Shown here: positions 63,016-64,000 of the stretch, piece by piece
Layout of the letters: every line of letters begins with the position of its first letter
How positions within the stretch are numbered: the first letter of the stretch is position 1
NCBI GenBank assembly: GCA_029262475.1
Contig: JAJCZG010000019.1
Location: 5,789 to 69,788, forward strand
DNA length: 64,000 bases
Direction: 5' to 3'
From: Deltaproteobacteria bacterium
GTDB lineage: Bacteria; Desulfobacterota; GWC2-55-46; JAJCZF01
Notes under the pieces: generated by a model
The model's database searches: none
What the model saw: only the letters and a program-made list of their open reading frames with translations
What the model was told of the DNA's origin: nothing
Translations under genes and position numbers: made by a program

Positions 63016-64000
63016 TTGAAGGCTGCCGTCTACTATAGTAATAATGATATCAGGGTTGAGGATGTGCCAAAACCAAAGCCCGGTCCGGGGGAGTTGCTCG
63101 TCCGCATTATGGCTAGCGGCGTTTGCGGGAGCGACGTCATGGAGTGGTACCGTATAAAGAAGGCCCCGATAATACTCGGCCACGAGATAGCGGGTATGGT
63201 CGAGGAGGCGGGTGAGGGTGTAACGCGCTTCAAGGTCGGCGACAGGGTGACGGTAGCGCACCACATTCCGTGTAATACCTGTAGCTCTTGCCTCGCCGGG
63301 AACCACTCCGTCTGCGATACTTTAAGGACTACTAACTTCGATCCGGGAGGGTTTTGTGAATTCGTGCGTGTTCCGGCGATAAATGTTGACCGTGGTGTCT
63401 TTACCCTTCCTAGCTCCATGACATTCGAGGAGGGTTCGTTTTCAGAGCCGCTCGGTTGCGTGGTGAGGGGAATGAAGAGGTCGGGCTTCTCGCCCGGTAA
63501 GAGCGTGCTTGTAATAGGGAGCGGCATCTCCGGCATCCTCCATATAAAACTAGCTAAAGCGCTCGGCGCCGGGAAGATAGTCGCAAGCGACATTAACCAG
63601 CACAGGCTCGACGCCGCCATAAAGGCAGGCGCAGACCTCGCCGTGCCGGCGACCGATGATGTGGCGGAGGCGGTAAAAGACGCAAACGGAGGCGCCAAGG
63701 CGGACTTCGTTGCAATATGCGCCGGGGCCGACGCGGCCATTAAGACGGGGCTTGCCAGCGTGGAGCGCGGGGGGACTGTCATATTCTTCGCGCCCAAGGA
63801 GCCCGGCGAAACCTACCCGATGCCGCTCTTTGATCTCTGGAGAGATAACATAAATATTGTGAACTCATACGCGTCGTGCCCGGCGGATACGCTAACTGCC
63901 CTTAAGCTAATCGAGACGGGGAGAGTAACGGTCGAGGATATGATAAGCGACCGCCTTTCGCTAGATGAAGCGGCAAAGGGTTTTAGGCTCGTTACAGAGG
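63016..64000 (+). CDS. zinc-dependent medium-chain dehydrogenase/reductase, threonine/sorbitol dehydrogenase-like (3' end outside window)
   Basis: My own translation from the TTG at 63016 reads LKAAVYYSNNDIRVEDVPKPKPGPGELLVRIMASGVCGSDVMEW...ILGHEIAGMV...CNTCSSCLAGNHSVC...VLVIGSGISGIL. The frame has no stop before the window end, so it is absent from the ORF track. Confidence 0.88.
   Translation, partial: MKAAVYYSNNDIRVEDVPKPKPGPGELLVRIMASGVCGSDVMEWYRIKKAPIILGHEIAGMVEEAGEGVTRFKVGDRVTVAHHIPCNTCSSCLAGNHSVCDTLRTTNFDPGGFCEFVRVPAINVDRGVFTLPSSMTFEEGSFSEPLGCVVRGMKRSGFSPGKSVLVIGSGISGILHIKLAKALGAGKIVASDINQHRLDAAIKAGADLAVPATDDVAEAVKDANGGAKADFVAICAGADAAIKTGLASVERGGTVIFFAPKEPGETYPMPLFDLWRDNINIVNSYASCPADTLTALKLIETGRVTVEDMISDRLSLDEAAKGFRLVTE

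Overview
This is a 64-kb chromosomal segment from a diderm bacterium, as shown by lptCAB, a T2SS secretin and a sigma-54/PTS-Ntr locus. Hand-counted 60-nt samples give about 55-57% GC for the bulk sequence. The gene order resembles Deltaproteobacteria/Nitrospinota-type genomes, but no taxon can be assigned without a database search. I count about 60 protein genes and one tRNA-Gly(CCC). There is no rRNA, no CRISPR array and no intact mobile element.

Left to right, the window contains:
- accC (3' part), a lipoate-ligase-family gene, a CCA/polyA-type nucleotidyltransferase and a secreted cyclophilin.
- rimP-nusA-infB-DUF503-rbfA-nrnA-truB-rpsO-pnp, then an M16 peptidase and an orphan OmpR-type regulator.
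- On the minus strand, a BamE-like lipoprotein, a GAF-GGDEF cyclase, pabC and pabB, headed by a low-GC GIY-YIG-like orphan gene.
- ispG.
- A complete type II secretion locus in circularly permuted order (gspGHIJKLM then gspCDEF), with a SPOR-domain-fused secretin.
- A low-GC orphan with an R-x4-H (HEPN-like) motif that starts 1 nt after gspF, followed by about 950 bp of coding-free, hairpin-dense repeat mosaic.
- A glcD/glcF-like oxidase and a GH57 enzyme.
- kdsC, a terminator and promoter, then lptC-lptA-lptB-rpoN-hpf-ptsN-hprK-rapZ-EIIA(Man)-HPr-EI.
- tRNA-Gly with a tyrosine-integrase C-terminal scar.
- Two tandem HD-GYP genes (the second has GYP changed to GYE) and an insulated lipoprotein gene.
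- A tightly packed 7-gene minus-strand operon: radical SAM, TPP E1 alpha, E1 beta, GT2, B12-type radical SAM, GT9, radical SAM. It is divergent from a DhnA/LsrF-type aldolase and a Zn-dependent dehydrogenase that runs off the window.

The best candidates for undescribed biology are:
1. The three-radical-SAM / E2-E3-less E1 alpha-beta / two-glycosyltransferase operon.
2. The HEPN-like orphan together with its adjacent structured repeat mosaic.
3. The GIY-YIG-like orphan joined to pabB by a TAATG overlap.
4. The SPOR-secretin fusion in the permuted T2SS.

All functional calls come from motifs read in the translations. None has been checked by HMM or BLAST searches.
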